Positions 49,198-64,000 are shown, counted from the stretch's first letter. The stretch is DNA of 64,000 bases from Lingula anatina (GCA_051362555.1 CM120646.1:22382001-22446000), one strand, 5' to 3'. Program-made: numbers and translations. The notes: a model not told the origin generated them from the sequence alone.

Positions 49198-52100
49198 AAC
49201 ATTATCGGAAGAGGTTTTATTTCGTGCTTTCAGCATGAAAACACTTTGTTGCTAAAAGCGAATTAGCACATAACAATAACACAGATTGTCATTTGATTAG
49301 CTTATATACTACATCCATAAACTATGGATATTTAAGTCGCTTCCATCTCATTCATTGCACACGCATTGAAAGGGAACGTCGGTAATATGAATGGAAAAAT
49401 ATAACTGGTTTAATAAAAGTACGTCTACATATAAAATAACCCATTTCCCAAGACGGCAATATGCAATGTTGGAAGCGTAGCTAGCTGCTTAAACGCGCTC
49501 TTTAATGTATTTACTTTCTTAGAAGGAATCAAGTGGTACAAGGGCGAAATAACGGTTTGTTCTGCGGTGGCTTTTTGCTGTAGCCTGGCTACTTAGGACA
49601 TTTTACTCATTATTATTGACAATAAAGGAAATTAAATTTGTTTTAATTATGATCCAGAGACGAGGCGTATTTTTATGGAGTCTTACTCGGACGTTGTAGC
49701 TAAAAGCCAAACAAAGTGCTTATGGAAATATCTGTTTCTTAATTACGCCCACTCTTTACAGCAGGGAGGAAAAGCGTTCTCATTATTTGATTCCAATGAC
49801 ATGAATAATCTCCGTATGCAGGTCGTTATTTGCAGTTCGTATCAAGTTCTAATTGTTTCCTTACGTTAGAGCACTTTGTCAGTAATATAAGGTAATTACA
49901 TTCATAATGACCAGTTCCTAAGCTAACGTCGATTGTTCTGTTTAAAATTAATCAGAATTCCAATGCAATTCCACACCGGACCATAGAAATCTATTTACCT
50001 TGGGAAAATACGGTGCATCAGGGATCCAAAATTATAACTGAAACAATCATTACCTTTTAATTTAAAGGGGGTTGTTATCTTTATACTTAACCACAAACCC
50101 TTTATAATAGCGTCTTTTAATCTCCATTGTTTATCAACAAAATGTCACTTGGCTACATCACTGAGATCGTTTCCGGGAAAATATGACAATTAAGCCGTCT
50201 TTAATGACTGTGAGTGAAGAAAGATTAAGCCTTGAGCTGAACTTTATTCGAAAGGGCAGATTAAAAACCCATTTTTCGTAAATGCAGCAGAAAATGGGGG
50301 CGATAAAACCAGGCAATTCGGTGTTAGTTGTTGTCAACCGTATTTGCGTAGCTAGATACGTGCTCGTATCATCCACCTTATCCTGGACGCCGTTAATCAT
50401 GGTCGTTCTCTCACCAACCCTTTTCATTAGAAGGAAAGCGTCGAGGTCGCGCCTTTTATCTTTTTAATTAACCTGGGCACTCTGTCATCTCCGTGTGTTG
50501 GTGCAGGTTACGAAACTGAAGTCCAAATGAATCTCGACAAGTCCAATACTGTCGGCAACGTTTTTTCAGTTTAACAACTTGAAATTCATAGGAAAAGAGA
50601 AAACTGGGGAAAATGACAATAATTGTGCATTTTGAAGAAAATATATAATTTGGTTAATATGTGAACGACGGTTATACGCCAGTGTAATTACATGAAAACA
50701 CTGACATCTTGGGGCATCTTTTTTTTTAAATCACATTAACACAATGTTTTGTTACGCAATAAATTCATTAATTTTTTCGCGTTAAACCAAAATATCAGAA
50801 AGTATTACTAGACAGCGGCTTCGGCGTTTTCTTGTACGACAATCAACAACCATGTGCGCATGTGCAATCAACGGACTTAATTTGCAATCACCAGAATACG
50901 TAGACATGCAAGAGCCTGTCGTTTGTTCTTTAGGGATCAAAAAATTGTCCACTTTTCTATGGTTTCCGTTTAATCAGACGGGAATACAGCTTTGTGTTGA
51001 ATCGTCCTTGAAGCCTTAATACATATGCACTTTTTGCCACTGACCGCTTGGTGCAAGGCGGAAGGCAATTCTATACCGATACCTCCGCACGAAACTGACG
51101 ATTCAATGAGCACGATTCCCAAGTATTAATGCCACTGTGAATTTGAAAGAGATAAGGGTCATTTCAGCTTTCTGCACCGGTAAATACCAGCGTCCTTGAA
51201 ACACACAAACACGAAGATCAAGTTATTATTGGTCGTCAGAAGAACGTGGTCCTTTGCCGTTGGTTTTCGGCTCGGTGATCATTGCTCTAATTGCAGGGAA
51301 ATCTGTAAAGTTCAGTTCCAATCAAGTCACGCCTTAGCAATCTTGATGGCCTGGTGGCTTCGTAAACCTGACTGTTCTCGCACCTTATGACCTGTAGGTA
51401 CTTGACTCAGAGTGCCAAACAAAGACCGGGAGGTGGATTTTTTCAGGGTAAGACAGCCCTTCATAGGGGGATCCAGTTTTTTCCTAAATGGAATTTAAGA
51501 CATAACAAAAGGCAGGGTCGATACATTCTCATACTGAATGGCATAGAACGCCGATGACCCAAGACTATGCTGACGAAGTAAGAAACGACCACAACCAGAC
51601 CACACTGGGAGCATGCAGTGTTGGCAAAACGTAATATCTACTCCCATAGACAAGCCACAATGCATATTGACCTTTTTGGTCCTATTATATGGCAACAATT
51701 ACAAGGAACCGATTTTATCTATTTTGACTACTAATTCACAAAGTGAAACTCTCCCCCATGACATTTTATCAAGCAACAGACGGAAGAGATCGACCAATAC
51801 TATATTTACCCAGTCACAAACCATTACGTACGGGAGACCTCGAGTTCCATAAGCATATTACGTCGCTGAAAAAAAAGTGATCATATTGGATTTAAGGCGC
51901 CATGAGACAGCCCCGCAGGCGGAACTTTTTTGTATAACACTTCAAATAATCTGGAGCAACAAGAAACATAATGTCCCAAGAGTGCATGGAATGCCAAAGC
52001 GATCTTTTGCCGATGGAGATTCGTTTCGGACAATTATAAATATTCAAAGAGACTAACAGTTATGGGCACAGGGTTATGCCTGTTGAGGTGTGTCACACTC

Positions 52101-52967
52101 AGTTAAACACTGGTTATTGTTTCAGACAGAGATAGAGACAGCATTGACAATTTGCAGTTTAAAGGTGTCATATCCGGAATATTTTAAACAAATGGAGTTT
52201 TCCTAAAAAAAAAAGAAGCCTATTCCTAATACTAGAGGATTTTTGTTCGACTGGTAACTTAACATGTTTTATGACATTTCTAATTAAAGACATTTCTAAT
52301 TAAATCACTTACTTCTAAACGACAGGCCAGTCACTAAGGCCGTCAACGATTTTTCCAGGCACATTTAAGAAGAATATTGGGTTCCTTTTATTTGAGGGGT
52401 ACCATCGTTTTTTAGGTATAAAGTATAAAAATAGGTACCTTTGCAGCATATGTAGACACAATTACGCGGACAGTGTACTTTTAAGTAAAAGAACTGGCAC
52501 AAGTGGTTTGAACACCTTCGTGGTTGTCTTGCGATAAACGTCGATGTGTGCAGACAACTTTTACAACAGCCTTCATGCTTATATACAGTCTGCATGTTTA
52601 TATCACACTGAGCATCATGACGAAATTTATTTAAGCTGCAAATATTCTGCCGATCATGTGCAATGAAAGAACAGTAGCGCATTAAACTTTAAGATGATTT
52701 CTTGCTTTATTTAACTTAAATGGTGTATGGGCATTTCAGTCACCTGAGATCACGGCTTTTGCGTATGACTTTGACTATTTTAACACGTTGTCGGCTAGAC
52801 GACAAAAAGTGATTAATAAATACACGATTGGCACTTGAACTACAAGTGTTAGCTCAATAGCTTAATTGCAATTGCATCATAGGGCTCGAAAACACAGCGC
52901 GTTTCCAGGATTATTTAAGAGTGGACAGGGTGCGGTCGTGTTTGCGCGCGAACGTTTGTGCGTGTAA

Positions 52968-53013
52968 GTGTGTGTGTGTGTGTGTGCGCGCGCGCGCGCG
53001 CGCGTGCGCGCGT
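52968..53013. repeat. (GT)n(GC)n alternating purine-pyrimidine tract
   Basis: Directly visible; a similar tract lies at ~60709-60745. Confidence 0.9.
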
Positions 53014-56000
53014 CAGCCTAGCACATATCGAATTTAAGTGGCATTTCTTTGTATATTGATACAACAAATGATGATGAAAGAGAAATAGAATATCGATAAC
53101 ACTAAAATGTGCATCATATAGCTAACATTAGATTCCTTACTAAGAGAAGGTTATTAATTTAATACCCTTGGATAAAGAGATGATTTATTTTATGAACTCT
53201 TTCGCGGGCTAAACGGTTGCTCTACTTCAGTCACATTAAAATGAACAATGTATTACGCCACAATCGATCCGGTATGGTAAATTTGATAAGACATGCTCAG
53301 TGGGAAACAATTACTACTACGTCGGCAGAAGGTAGGGCCGAACTTTCGGGACATGAGCGACTTGCTTCTCGTTTAATTTTTCTTTCAGTATTCGTTCTGC
53401 ATTGCCGCTTGTCAATATCATATTCTACCGACGATCCCTTTTAGCAACAGGATACATGGGATGTTTTAGGCTGATAAATAAAAACATCAATGAGGAAGCA
53501 AGGGTTATCGTGGAGACTTATTCGCACGCGGCACACTGTTTTAATTATAAATTTGGTTACGTTTTAGTATGGTGAGGCAGCGAATGGAAGAGACAGGTAC
53601 TCTTTGATATTTACGTGAATAATTTCTAAACAAATCATGGGGTGAGTAAACTGCTGAGCAAAATAAAAGTGATGCTCTTGCAGTTATTTCAAACGCGTGG
53701 CATTCATATTTTGAAGTGTTTCTTTTTTATCAAAACGGGAATGAGTAGCCCAAAGCCTGCAAACGTACGTAAGCGCGTGGAAATAAAATAACGTTTGGAA
53801 TTGACTTGACGCTAGTGTCAAAGTAATTACACTTGATATCACAAAACTGACTCGCGCATCTGTTTGTTAAGGCACCTAGGAAATTACCGACATCGGCGGT
53901 ATTACACAAGCGGCTCGCGACATTTCGCGGTACACCGTAGGGTTCAAAAGTCGCCACTTCTTTCCACTGGAAGTTAAGAGCGTGGCGCCTCTACGTCTGC
54001 AGACAGAACTGCACGGTGATGCCATCTGTTTTTATATCGCCTTAGGAAAAGAGATCGCAATTTTGTTTTGTGTATTACAAAAAATATTGGAGTGAAAGAT
54101 TGGGTGTTTAGGGTAGGGGTCAGATATGTATGTCTGAGTAAATCTACTGAGTGTATTTTTTTTTTCATTCCATGTGTAGGCAAAATCGTTTAAACTGTAG
54201 TCCAGAGTAGTGCAAAACAAGTGGAAAACTGATATGCTCAAAAGGCAATCATGTAACACTGAAATGGGAATAACAAGTAAAATTACTTCACGTTTTCCCA
54301 TATTATTCCTTATAGATTAAGGCCATACCTAGATTCACTTAAGTCCTTTTGAGACATTTCAACACTAGGTATGAATACTATTATCAAAATATCGTCCTGG
54401 CCCTTATTGTGTACGAGATAATGTTAGAAAACACGCCCAGAAAATATATTTTTGATGATTCGCACAACTTTCAAAACGAGAGGATGCTTGTTCGTAAGTC
54501 GGCCGATATGAAATTCTCAATCAAAATGACAAATTCTGAGTCCCTTGAAAAATGTTTAGGGTGCTACGTGCTCTAATTTCACCTGTGAGTATTTATATTA
54601 ATACTCCCAACTATGCTTCGCCTATAATTCACCAAAGAAATATGTACAAAATGTTAACACTTATGAACGATATCGAAAGGAAGGAATTTAAGTAAAGCAT
54701 CTCGACATCAATGTCAGAAATGGAAAGCATCCAGTCAACGAATATAGAAAATCAATCGAGAAATACGTTATAAAGTCACGGTGAAATCACTTAAAGTGAA
54801 CAGGAAAGTTAACAAAAGAAAAGGAGAAATGTGTTACAACTCCGTGCCTTAAGGGTGCTACCACGCCAAAAAAGTAAAGGAAAGAACCAAAAAGAGAAAT
54901 GAAGCTGACATATTCAACGAATGTGCGCGAACATTGAAAAAAATGAAAGTGGCTGCGACAGGTGTCAAGTACGTTTTCCTGGTAATTTATCAAGGTAATC
55001 AAGTAATAAATGATTACTGAGCTATGGTTGTTGGGTTTCACTCAATCAAACGTCCAAGTAAATATCAGTTGGCTATGGCGGAGTCCTTCCAGTCATTCGT
55101 GTCAGTGTTGCCGCAAGCGGGGGGGGGGGGGGGGGGGGGGGGGGAGAGATTGGCGCTTCTTACAAAACAAAGTTGTCATCGTGTTTCAGTTGACATCAAC
55201 TTTATGATTTTAGCAACGCAACATGTCCCATGACACTCCCTAGATTTTCTCTTGGAAATATGGTCCCAAGTGTCAGCTGTTATCTGTGAAATTTTACGTA
55301 CATATGTATCTGTCCAGAAGGGTCCCAATTTAGTGTCCCTCATAAAATTTACAGAACCTTACGGGTTTGTGAACCTTATAATGACAACTAATTGTATTAA
55401 CACTTGTAAAATAAGCCCTTTCGACTCCCTTAAAATCATGTTGTTTCTTCTCACTGTTTATTTTCGTAATTGCCAACCGGTGTGGTTTGTCTTTTACCTA
55501 GTTTGCTAAAAAAGAACAACACCAATAATGTATTTTCAATTAAATTTATAGAATATGACGTTGCTGCATTTCATTACTACGTAGATGCATTATATACAAC
55601 ACTTGCAGCCAAACTTAGCTTGTAATTCAACAAAAATATGCACAATTTGGAAGAGCAAATGGAAGATTCGCAGCAAGATAAAACCTTGTGAAGGGCTCTT
55701 AGTCACATTAGCGTGATTGCCTCATTTCTATGGGAATGTAAAACATATAAATCTAATTAGATATCAGAGAAAGCTTAACTCTATACACTTAAGATCAATG
55801 CCAACATATAAGATCGAATGACCAAAGATTAACCTGATTACCGCCCTGGGATCAATTGAAACCAAACACGGTATTAAACCACTGATGCCTGTAAGCCGGA
55901 ATACATCTGAGCTGAGAATGTGTTCTTCAGTTCAACATTCTTCTATTTCTATTTCTCAGCTATTTTTGTATCTTTTTGGGGTTGTTTGTAGATGATCAAG

Positions 56001-57354
56001 TCAAGCCCCCAAAGTGAAGTTATGCAACCTGCACTGTGTTGGTGACGCCAATAGAATTCACACACAACAACCGAAGGCATGAACAAATATACCCATCGAC
56101 CATGAGGGTATTTCTTTTCTTCTATTACATCGATCCAATCTTTTTATTATCCCCTTTCGACTAAACACGTAGTTTTTTGTGGACAGAATGAAACTGAAAA
56201 AAATCTTTGATCGGTGTTTGGATTATCAATGATAGCCATATCTAGATATTAGAGTCAAGTGCCCAATTACTTCATAAATTGCCCCATTACTTCAGTTTCC
56301 AATTATCCAAGAACGATTAATCTCCAATTTTAAGTGTCGAGTATTTTATAACAATTCATGACATATCTCAATATTGCGTGATAAAATTCAATTCAAAAGC
56401 AATTACAACTCTTTCGCTTTTAGGTACGTGTAAATAGAGCTTCATTTGTTGGACTGCGACTAACAATCACGCAAAAACCGCCAAACATGACAAAAAACTC
56501 TGCCTCGTTAAGTGACATTCTTAAATGTAATTCTAAGAGAGCTTTATAGACATTAACTCTATCGCCTTTATTATCCTATAATATTATGATTGATTGGCGT
56601 TCTATTTAAACTGTAAGTAATGCTTACAAATAACCGTCTTCTGAGATAAATATCTGACAAAATAAATGCTTTATCTATTAAGAAAATTCTGCTAATGAAT
56701 ATTGTGAAATGGAAAATATATGTTTGAAATAAAACTGTTGAATTGTGACTAATTGCACTGACTTAAAGAGAAGACACAGGATTCAATAATGTACGAAAAT
56801 ATGCAAAAAGAAAAGCCTTTCATGATTGTAAAATTAAATAAAAATGCTCGGCAGCAAATGGCGAACCGAAATATTATGGAGATGCACTGATTTGACCGAT
56901 ATTAACAATGGTATAGCATTGCTCAAACGTGCATATGAACTCCAATGTTAATCATGTTTGATAAAACTAACCAGACGGTTAAACCGACTTCCCTGTTCAA
57001 ACATTTCATTAGTACCAATATCTCCCTTTGGTATTAGTTGCTGAATGGATTTGAATAATCCAGACCCATTTGGGACTCAACGGATACATCCCACCGAGAC
57101 CAACCACAAATATTACACTAGCCTTTTAACACTAGGTGATGGAGTTACATGGAAAAAACCCGAGAAACCGATTCGTCCCATCCGTGCTGCTTCGAGAAAA
57201 CTGGAATTACATTTGGTCTGTACCTGTACTTCAGACGATGTACGTGAAGATACCAGTAATTTCATTTGACCTGAACATGTGACTATACTGTTCATCTTAT
57301 AAATGTTGGAAGATATATGTAGGCATCAATAAAGGGCGAAAATGTACATTTTAG

Positions 57355-57408
<54 letters not shown>

Positions 57409-58873
57409 CAGAGAGAGAAAAATAACTAATTAGATGTCGTAATTATCAAAAGCAACGATTTTTTCGTCATTTTAGGAGTCATTGCTGGTTGATGTAATTT
57501 AATCTATTGAGTTTACCAAATAAACGGCGAGGAATCTCGTCATCTAGAATTCCCGACGATCGAAGGCAGTGCTGGAGATAAAAGTACATTACACAATGAA
57601 ACTATAAGCATTAAAACATCAAAACCGAACCAAGATTGTATTGATATAGGCTACATGTGTAAACGCCACCGTCGGCAGTACTGAATGTTACATGTACGTA
57701 TATTGGGCTAAATTAATCACGAATATTATAAAGTCCTGTTGTAAAGTTCTACTTTACATTTCCGAGCACATTGCAGTTTTTTTTTTAATTTCATTTATTT
57801 ATCTTTTTATTATTATTATTATTTATTTATTTTTATTTTTATTTTTTTATTTTTTTGCGAAAGCATCGTTATTACAAATGCACACACCACTGTTGGTAAC
57901 AACCAATGTCGGTTCCTGACATACCCATGTACATATAGATGCAATATCCACACCTTGAACCGAACATTCATTTGGGTCGATCTTAGGGTCTATGTCTCCA
58001 GTAGGTTTGAAATAAGCATCAGAATTACAGAGATCCATCAGGTGTACCAAGTAAAAACTGTAAACAGAATAGAGATCAACATATCTTAACATCGGAAAAC
58101 AACAGCGCCGTTTCTAGCCCATTGGGTGTTTGTATTAAAAACGTCAGTGGGTCAACGCAGTGCATTGCAACAGAAAACTGATTTAAAACAAAGCTAGCCA
58201 CTTGTGGAACAAACAACTACTGACCAACCAATTAGTTTCTTAAGACGCATGTTTGGTTTTAATCACGCCTCGCCTGCAAGGTTCTCTATATCTTTGCTCC
58301 AAATTTACAATTAAACATTTTCACCATTTTATTTTAATAAAATATTATAGAAATTGGCCCCTAGTCGCTTTAATTATGGAATAGCTTTAATGTTTGGACC
58401 CATAATGTAAAATGAGTAAAAACTTATTAATATAAAAAACATAGTGATTTTTGATGGATTCCACCTGTTCAAAGGCATTTTTGACCAAACATGGGTGTAA
58501 TGTGGTATATGTACAGTAAACATACTTGCCACAAAGTCATAAGTATTCGATTTCCTTTAGTTACAACATTTCGTGACTTAAAGTGCCAAATATTGTTCTC
58601 AGTTGGAAATACATTAGTATTTAACAAGTTTAAATAAGAGATAAAAACCAGTACCTGCAATATGTATGTTAATCGCCTCTAAATTGGCGAGGGCCCTATG
58701 CACGCCAGATAACAATAATATAATCATGTGGTTACTGAAATTAAAATCCGAGTTAGACCACCTAAAACAATAGGCATCGATTCGGTTTACAATACAACAC
58801 AACCCGCCATCGCTGAGAGCAAAGTTGCATTAAAAGTCCAGACACCAACTAGATATTTCGAGTCAGTGAACTA

Positions 58874-60947
58874 CACTGTAAAAACAGTGCTTAGCATTTA
58901 AATATATACAACATACGTTAAGCACCTATACGCATTTAGAAATATGTGTAAAAGCTAAGCACGTATAGCTTTTCAAGCGTTTCACAGAAGAAAATGCTAG
59001 ACACCTTGTCAGTGTTACACGTTTAGCTATGTGCTTAGCTTCACCGGTATATGGATCTATAATAAGTCTATCACAAGCTAAGCACATTGGCTAAGCACTT
59101 CCCCTGCTAAGCGCGTGAGGCTGCTAAACATATGGAGCTGCTAAAGGTGTGGAATTCCTAAACGCGTGGAGCTGCTGAACAATACCCTCTACCAAGGCCG
59201 CAGTTCTTGGGGACATTTTTTGCTGAGGCGACATCAGACCAAATTTACTATCTATTTATCTAGAGACATATCTGTGAATATCTGTGAAAAATCAATCTGT
59301 CGCCCTGGTAGAGGGTAGCTGAACAACAAGTTTGGCTTTTCAAGCTTCTTTCAGAAGAAATTTAAATGTTTAACATTCTTAGAAGTGTCGCACTTTTAGC
59401 TATGTGATTAGTTTCACCGGTCCCATAAGTTTATTACAAGGCTCAACAATTTGGCTTAACACTTCCCCTTGTAAACGTGTGGAGCTGTTGAAGGCGTGGA
59501 GCAGTCTGCTCGAACGCTTGGTGTCTTTCCTTGCAGTAACGCGTGCTTATTTAAAATAGGTCTATTAAAGATGCATACAAAGTCAATTTTTTGCTCAAAA
59601 CCCAACCAAATAACAGTATATAGTTTCAAAAAGTATAATTAAGAAAATTGCCAGAAGGCATTGATTAATATTACCCGAAAAATGATATTTGAATGGATTT
59701 TTCTGTTAGCTTACTATCCTGTATATACATGGGGCAGAAAAGTAGGTCACATAAGTAGGTTAAATTTCTGACCAAAAATTTAAAGAGCCGTCTAAAGCTC
59801 TTTTATGACTGATCGAGTGATTTATTCAGTTTGTCCTTTGGCATGTCGACTTTATTTGAGGCGTATACGAATCTAGTAGAAGTGGTTTATATGTGTTACT
59901 GGCAACCCACGCTCCACCGATGCTCGGTTCACATGTACCTTTAAGTAATAATCCAAATAACAAATAAAGTTTTCACGACGTTATCAGATGGTTACATGCT
60001 GGTAATGGTATAGAAGAACATTATGGTAACGTTATGGGTGTTTTAGCTCCATGCAAAATGATGTACAGTAACGTTATAATTTGTAAAAAGATTCGAAGAC
60101 CGTTTCTACAAAATTTTATGATACATGTAACGTCATTTTGTGGAGTTTTATCAGCGTGTTTATAACATTCTGGAAAGACATTATATAATGTTTTGAAAAA
60201 ATTTTTTATATAAATAACCAAAACACGTCTTATGCTGTTTGAACTACAGTTAGCGGTCAATTCCAAAATGGGCTTGGGGTTAGTCGGCGACTAGAGCGGT
60301 GCGAGTTGTAGAATATTCGGACTATCGGTACCGAAATAACCAGCATGTGATGAAAGTTTAAATAAAGTATTATAATGAATACCCCACCATCATCCTGATG
60401 CCCTATTGTTCATTACTTCCGGAAAAAAAAATAGATATCAATACCGTAACGCATTTTATCAAAATATGGAGAAAGGTGTTTTAAAGTAAAAATGATAGTT
60501 GTTTCGTGACTTTAGTGAACTAGTGAATTTTCATAACCTGCTTTTCAGAAATACATTCCAATAAACTTCCTCGCAAGGTCAGCTAACACAAGGATAAATA
60601 AGTCCAGCTGTAAAGATGATAGTGGGAAGTCAACGATGTTGACAGTTCACGGTACCCTGTTATAGAAAGAGATAACTATAGCAGTTAAAGGTGACCGTGA
60701 GTTCGTCTGTGTGTGCGTGTGTGTGCGTGCGCGCGCGTGTGTGCGACTAAAACAGTTGAAACCCTTAGCACCTAAAAGTTAAACAGATACACCCTACATT
60801 TATAAGCCGTCAAACGCGTCATACTGCTAAACACAAGCGTGTAACATGTTAAGGAGCTAAGCATGTTAGGAGCTAAACGCGTCGAAAAAGTGAGACAAAA
60901 CAGGCGCTTAGAAATGTGTTTAGGAGCTAAACACTGTTTTTACAGTG
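58874..60947. mobile_element. Non-autonomous CACTA/EnSpm-like (CMC) DNA transposon, 2074 bp
   Basis: TIR CACTGTAAAAACAGTG(C/T)TTAGC at both ends, TA on each side, many subterminal GCTAA(G/A)C(A/G) repeats in both orientations near both ends, no transposase ORF. Confidence 0.85.
59183..59317. mobile_element. MITE family A, copy 2, nested in the CACTA-like element
   Basis: TACCCTCTACCAAGG ... GTCGCCCTGGTAGAGGGTA; perfect 9-bp TSD GCTGAACAA at 59174-59182 and 59318-59326. Confidence 0.9.
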
Positions 60948-60987
60948 TACATTGATTATTGAAATGGTGTTGCCTAAAGTATACGTG

Positions 60988-61024
<37 letters not shown>

Positions 61025-64000
61025 ATCAAAACACATAATAACATGCCTTTTGCGGTTTCTATACCAAAAATGGACAGAACATGAATAATAACGATACCTG
61101 TTGACTTATACACGGAGACATCAGCCACATGGAGTTAATTTTCATAGAGCTGCTTGGGGAACATCAAAGCAGCCCCACGCATTTCCGTGGATTGTCTGAT
61201 GCCTTAAGAATGTTTCTGTTGATGCAAATGTTATGAAATAACTTTTTTCAATCAATGCTCAAATTTATATGAAGAATACGCATCGTAATTCATCGAAATA
61301 AAAATACCTAGTTATAAAAGCTGGCTGTCGCACTTACATCGACAAATAATAATAATAGTAATGAATCAAGAAACAAGCCATTGTTTAGAGTCTTTATAAC
61401 CAGATTCTTTCAGCGGTCCATAAAGGGTAAGTTACAATACGTGGTTCAGGCAACATACAGCAGGGTTACTATGTAGGCGAGTCAGAACACTTTGATATTT
61501 TCAATCGACGACGACAGGTGATCCAGGTGACACTGTTATGACATTGATATTATTTATTACCTTGACTTAATTGTCTTGTCGGAAGGTGAAAGAGATTATC
61601 ACCGGATTTCTACCACCTGTTTGTCCGTTCAATTTCCCATGGGAACCAGGGATTTACCTCGCATGACGCGTAGTTCAGTGACTGGTGACGACTTTCTTTA
61701 AGGAGAGGGTCAAGGTTTGGCGTAATTGATTAAATAAATGGAGGCCGCCCTTGCCTAAACTCTGATAAGTCCATTGATGTATTGTCATCACTTTCATAAA
61801 GTGTTTCCTCCATTTTAATAATTCGATATGTTAGACCGACTATTGTGTGATGATTTTGTTGACATCTGATGTGTTGAGGTCCTGATGAAATGACTAATAA
61901 TGGCGCCACACCTAAATTGTGTACGTCTTATTTAATACAGTTTTGTGTGTTATTATTATGAACTTAATATTCGTCGTTTGCATATGTCAAAAAGATAGAC
62001 AAAGATTTGAGGATACATTAAAGGCATAATAACTCTTTGTATGAGACCTATATTTCACAATAAAAACCTTGTGAATAACTAATAGAAATATAATATATTC
62101 TGTTTTACCACAAAAACAGCAGTTATAGCTTTTATTCTGATATTTGAACTTGTCTTTAGACCACGCGACCTCCATTGATGTCTATACGTTGTTAAAATCT
62201 CTTAAGAGATTTTAACAAAAAACCAAACTTTTTAGAAAAAAACCAGGGACTTACTTTGAATGTAAAAATGGATTCATTAACCATTGGTAAGTATGGGAAA
62301 ATTGTTGTTTACTCCAGGAAAATTCATTTTTTGGCCGAAACGAAGAGTTATTATTGCTTTAACTGGTTTTCTGTTCTCAAATAAATCTGCAATTTGTATC
62401 CACCCGGTCAAAAAAAATGGCCGATGTGCAAAGTATATCTTCACGTATACCCTCGACAAAAAGAAAAAAACAGCCCAAAAATAATGCAAAATTTAGAGAA
62501 TGGTACTTAGAGTCCTAATTCCTAATAGACTCTGTCTGGCTATCACATTATAGTATCCACGTATTGCAATGCTGATACATTAACATTCCGCAAATGTCGC
62601 CATTAGACAAAACGGGATTTTTTTATTACATCAACCTCCACAACAAATGTTCAAGTGGAATCGCAATGTCTAAAAACAGGTCCATCGCTGTTTTGTGCAC
62701 ATTTGGTATTTCCACTGGAATCGATCATTTTCAGATTGCGACAAGTTGTATCACAGCCTCGTGCGAAATTCGCACCAATCGCACTCTACGTTTGTCGCTG
62801 TATCGTTTCTTTGCCACGTAGCTCCAGCTGTGTCCGCTAAAGGCGCAAACCATTAGGCTTCTTAACGAAAGATAACCGTAAATTGCATTTCTCTGTGTTA
62901 CACAATCCGTTTTCTTAGAATTTCATGCTACATCTATGGTTATAAACTTAGACTTCATGTACATACATGTAGGTGACGTCATAGGTACCTACACCAAACG
63001 TAAACGCACGTTTATCACACTTGAACATTTTGTGATCTGCTATTGTAAAAAGGTTTACAGTCATTTTTACAGAAATGTTGATCAAAACAGCGGGGTTAAT
63101 GTGCATTCCCAGAAAAGTCCGGAGGGGCATATTTAATCATTTTTATTGGTTCAAGAAACATATTTGATAATGGTTACATACACAGGTGGCAATTCGCTAT
63201 TTTAGCACTATATGCTCACCTCGGGACGGACTAATTAAGTACGTACAGACGCCAGGAGACCGCTTGCATTGGCTTCTGTTCATTCACAGTGACACTGGAA
63301 ACGTCTTTATTTAAGAACGACTCTATCATGGCCACAGTATCCAACTACAACGGGGTACCAAATCGACAAAGTGCCTTGCCTATAAAGGTCATAATGTATC
63401 AGAATTCAAGATTTATTCAAGATTTATACCATGTCTCATTCAACTGACAATACATAAGTTCAAAAAAATAACGTAAATTTTGAAAGACCTAATTACCGTT
63501 ACGATACTCGAGCGATCTGAGTTTACTTCAAAGACCATACACTGAATCTCGAGAAGTAAGCCAACCACAGAAGTTATAATCCACCGTGCGTGTGTGGAGA
63601 TCATTGAAACACTTGCTAGAACAAAATGAAAAAAGTGGATACCACGTGCACCGCATGATCTCAAATACCGAGCACGATTTTCTTTTTTCTCACTGGAATG
63701 GGTATGCTTCTTTATGAATCCAATCAAATAAAATTGATTGCTTGATAATTTTGTTAAAAGTCATTGACGCCGAAATGCGAGCTGCAAATCTATTCAAGTC
63801 CAATTATCAAAGAAATGGATACAATCTTTCATAAAAACCACGTCTAATCCAAGTGGAATAGGCATATAAACCGCAAGTGATGTCTTAAAAAAAAACATCG
63901 GAGCCGGTGGATGAAATTAAAGAAATTGGTCCGCAGGCAGGAAATACCGTGATTTGTGCTGGAAAGCTTTTTAATAGCATTATCACGAGGTTTATGTTCT

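Overview
AT-rich, intron-containing eukaryotic DNA from an invertebrate animal. The receptor sequence looks protostome-like; the species cannot be named from sequence alone. I assembled three protein-coding genes by hand from GT/AG splice sites with consistent phases. (1) A 6-coding-exon gene on the minus strand (8514->3222, ~730 aa) that I cannot assign to a family; its last intron holds a dead Tc1-type transposase. (2) A 5-exon secreted trypsin-like S1A serine protease on the plus strand (11041->14535, 298 aa). (3) A 4-coding-exon D2-like dopamine receptor on the minus strand (46086->18352, ~1009 aa) with a ~24 kb first coding intron and a ~545-aa Ser/Thr/Asn-rich N-terminus. The rest is intron or intergenic DNA with non-autonomous DNA transposons: a CACTA/EnSpm-like 2.07 kb element with a nested 9-bp-TSD MITE, a second MITE family, and a Helentron/HINE-like element. 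There is also a minisatellite carrying eight CACGTG E-boxes and many microsatellites. I saw no rRNA, tRNA, CRISPR or prokaryotic features. I found no clear-cut new multi-gene system. The best leads are the giant receptor ectodomain, the intronic E-box array and the unassigned gene with an X-box/CRE-like promoter.
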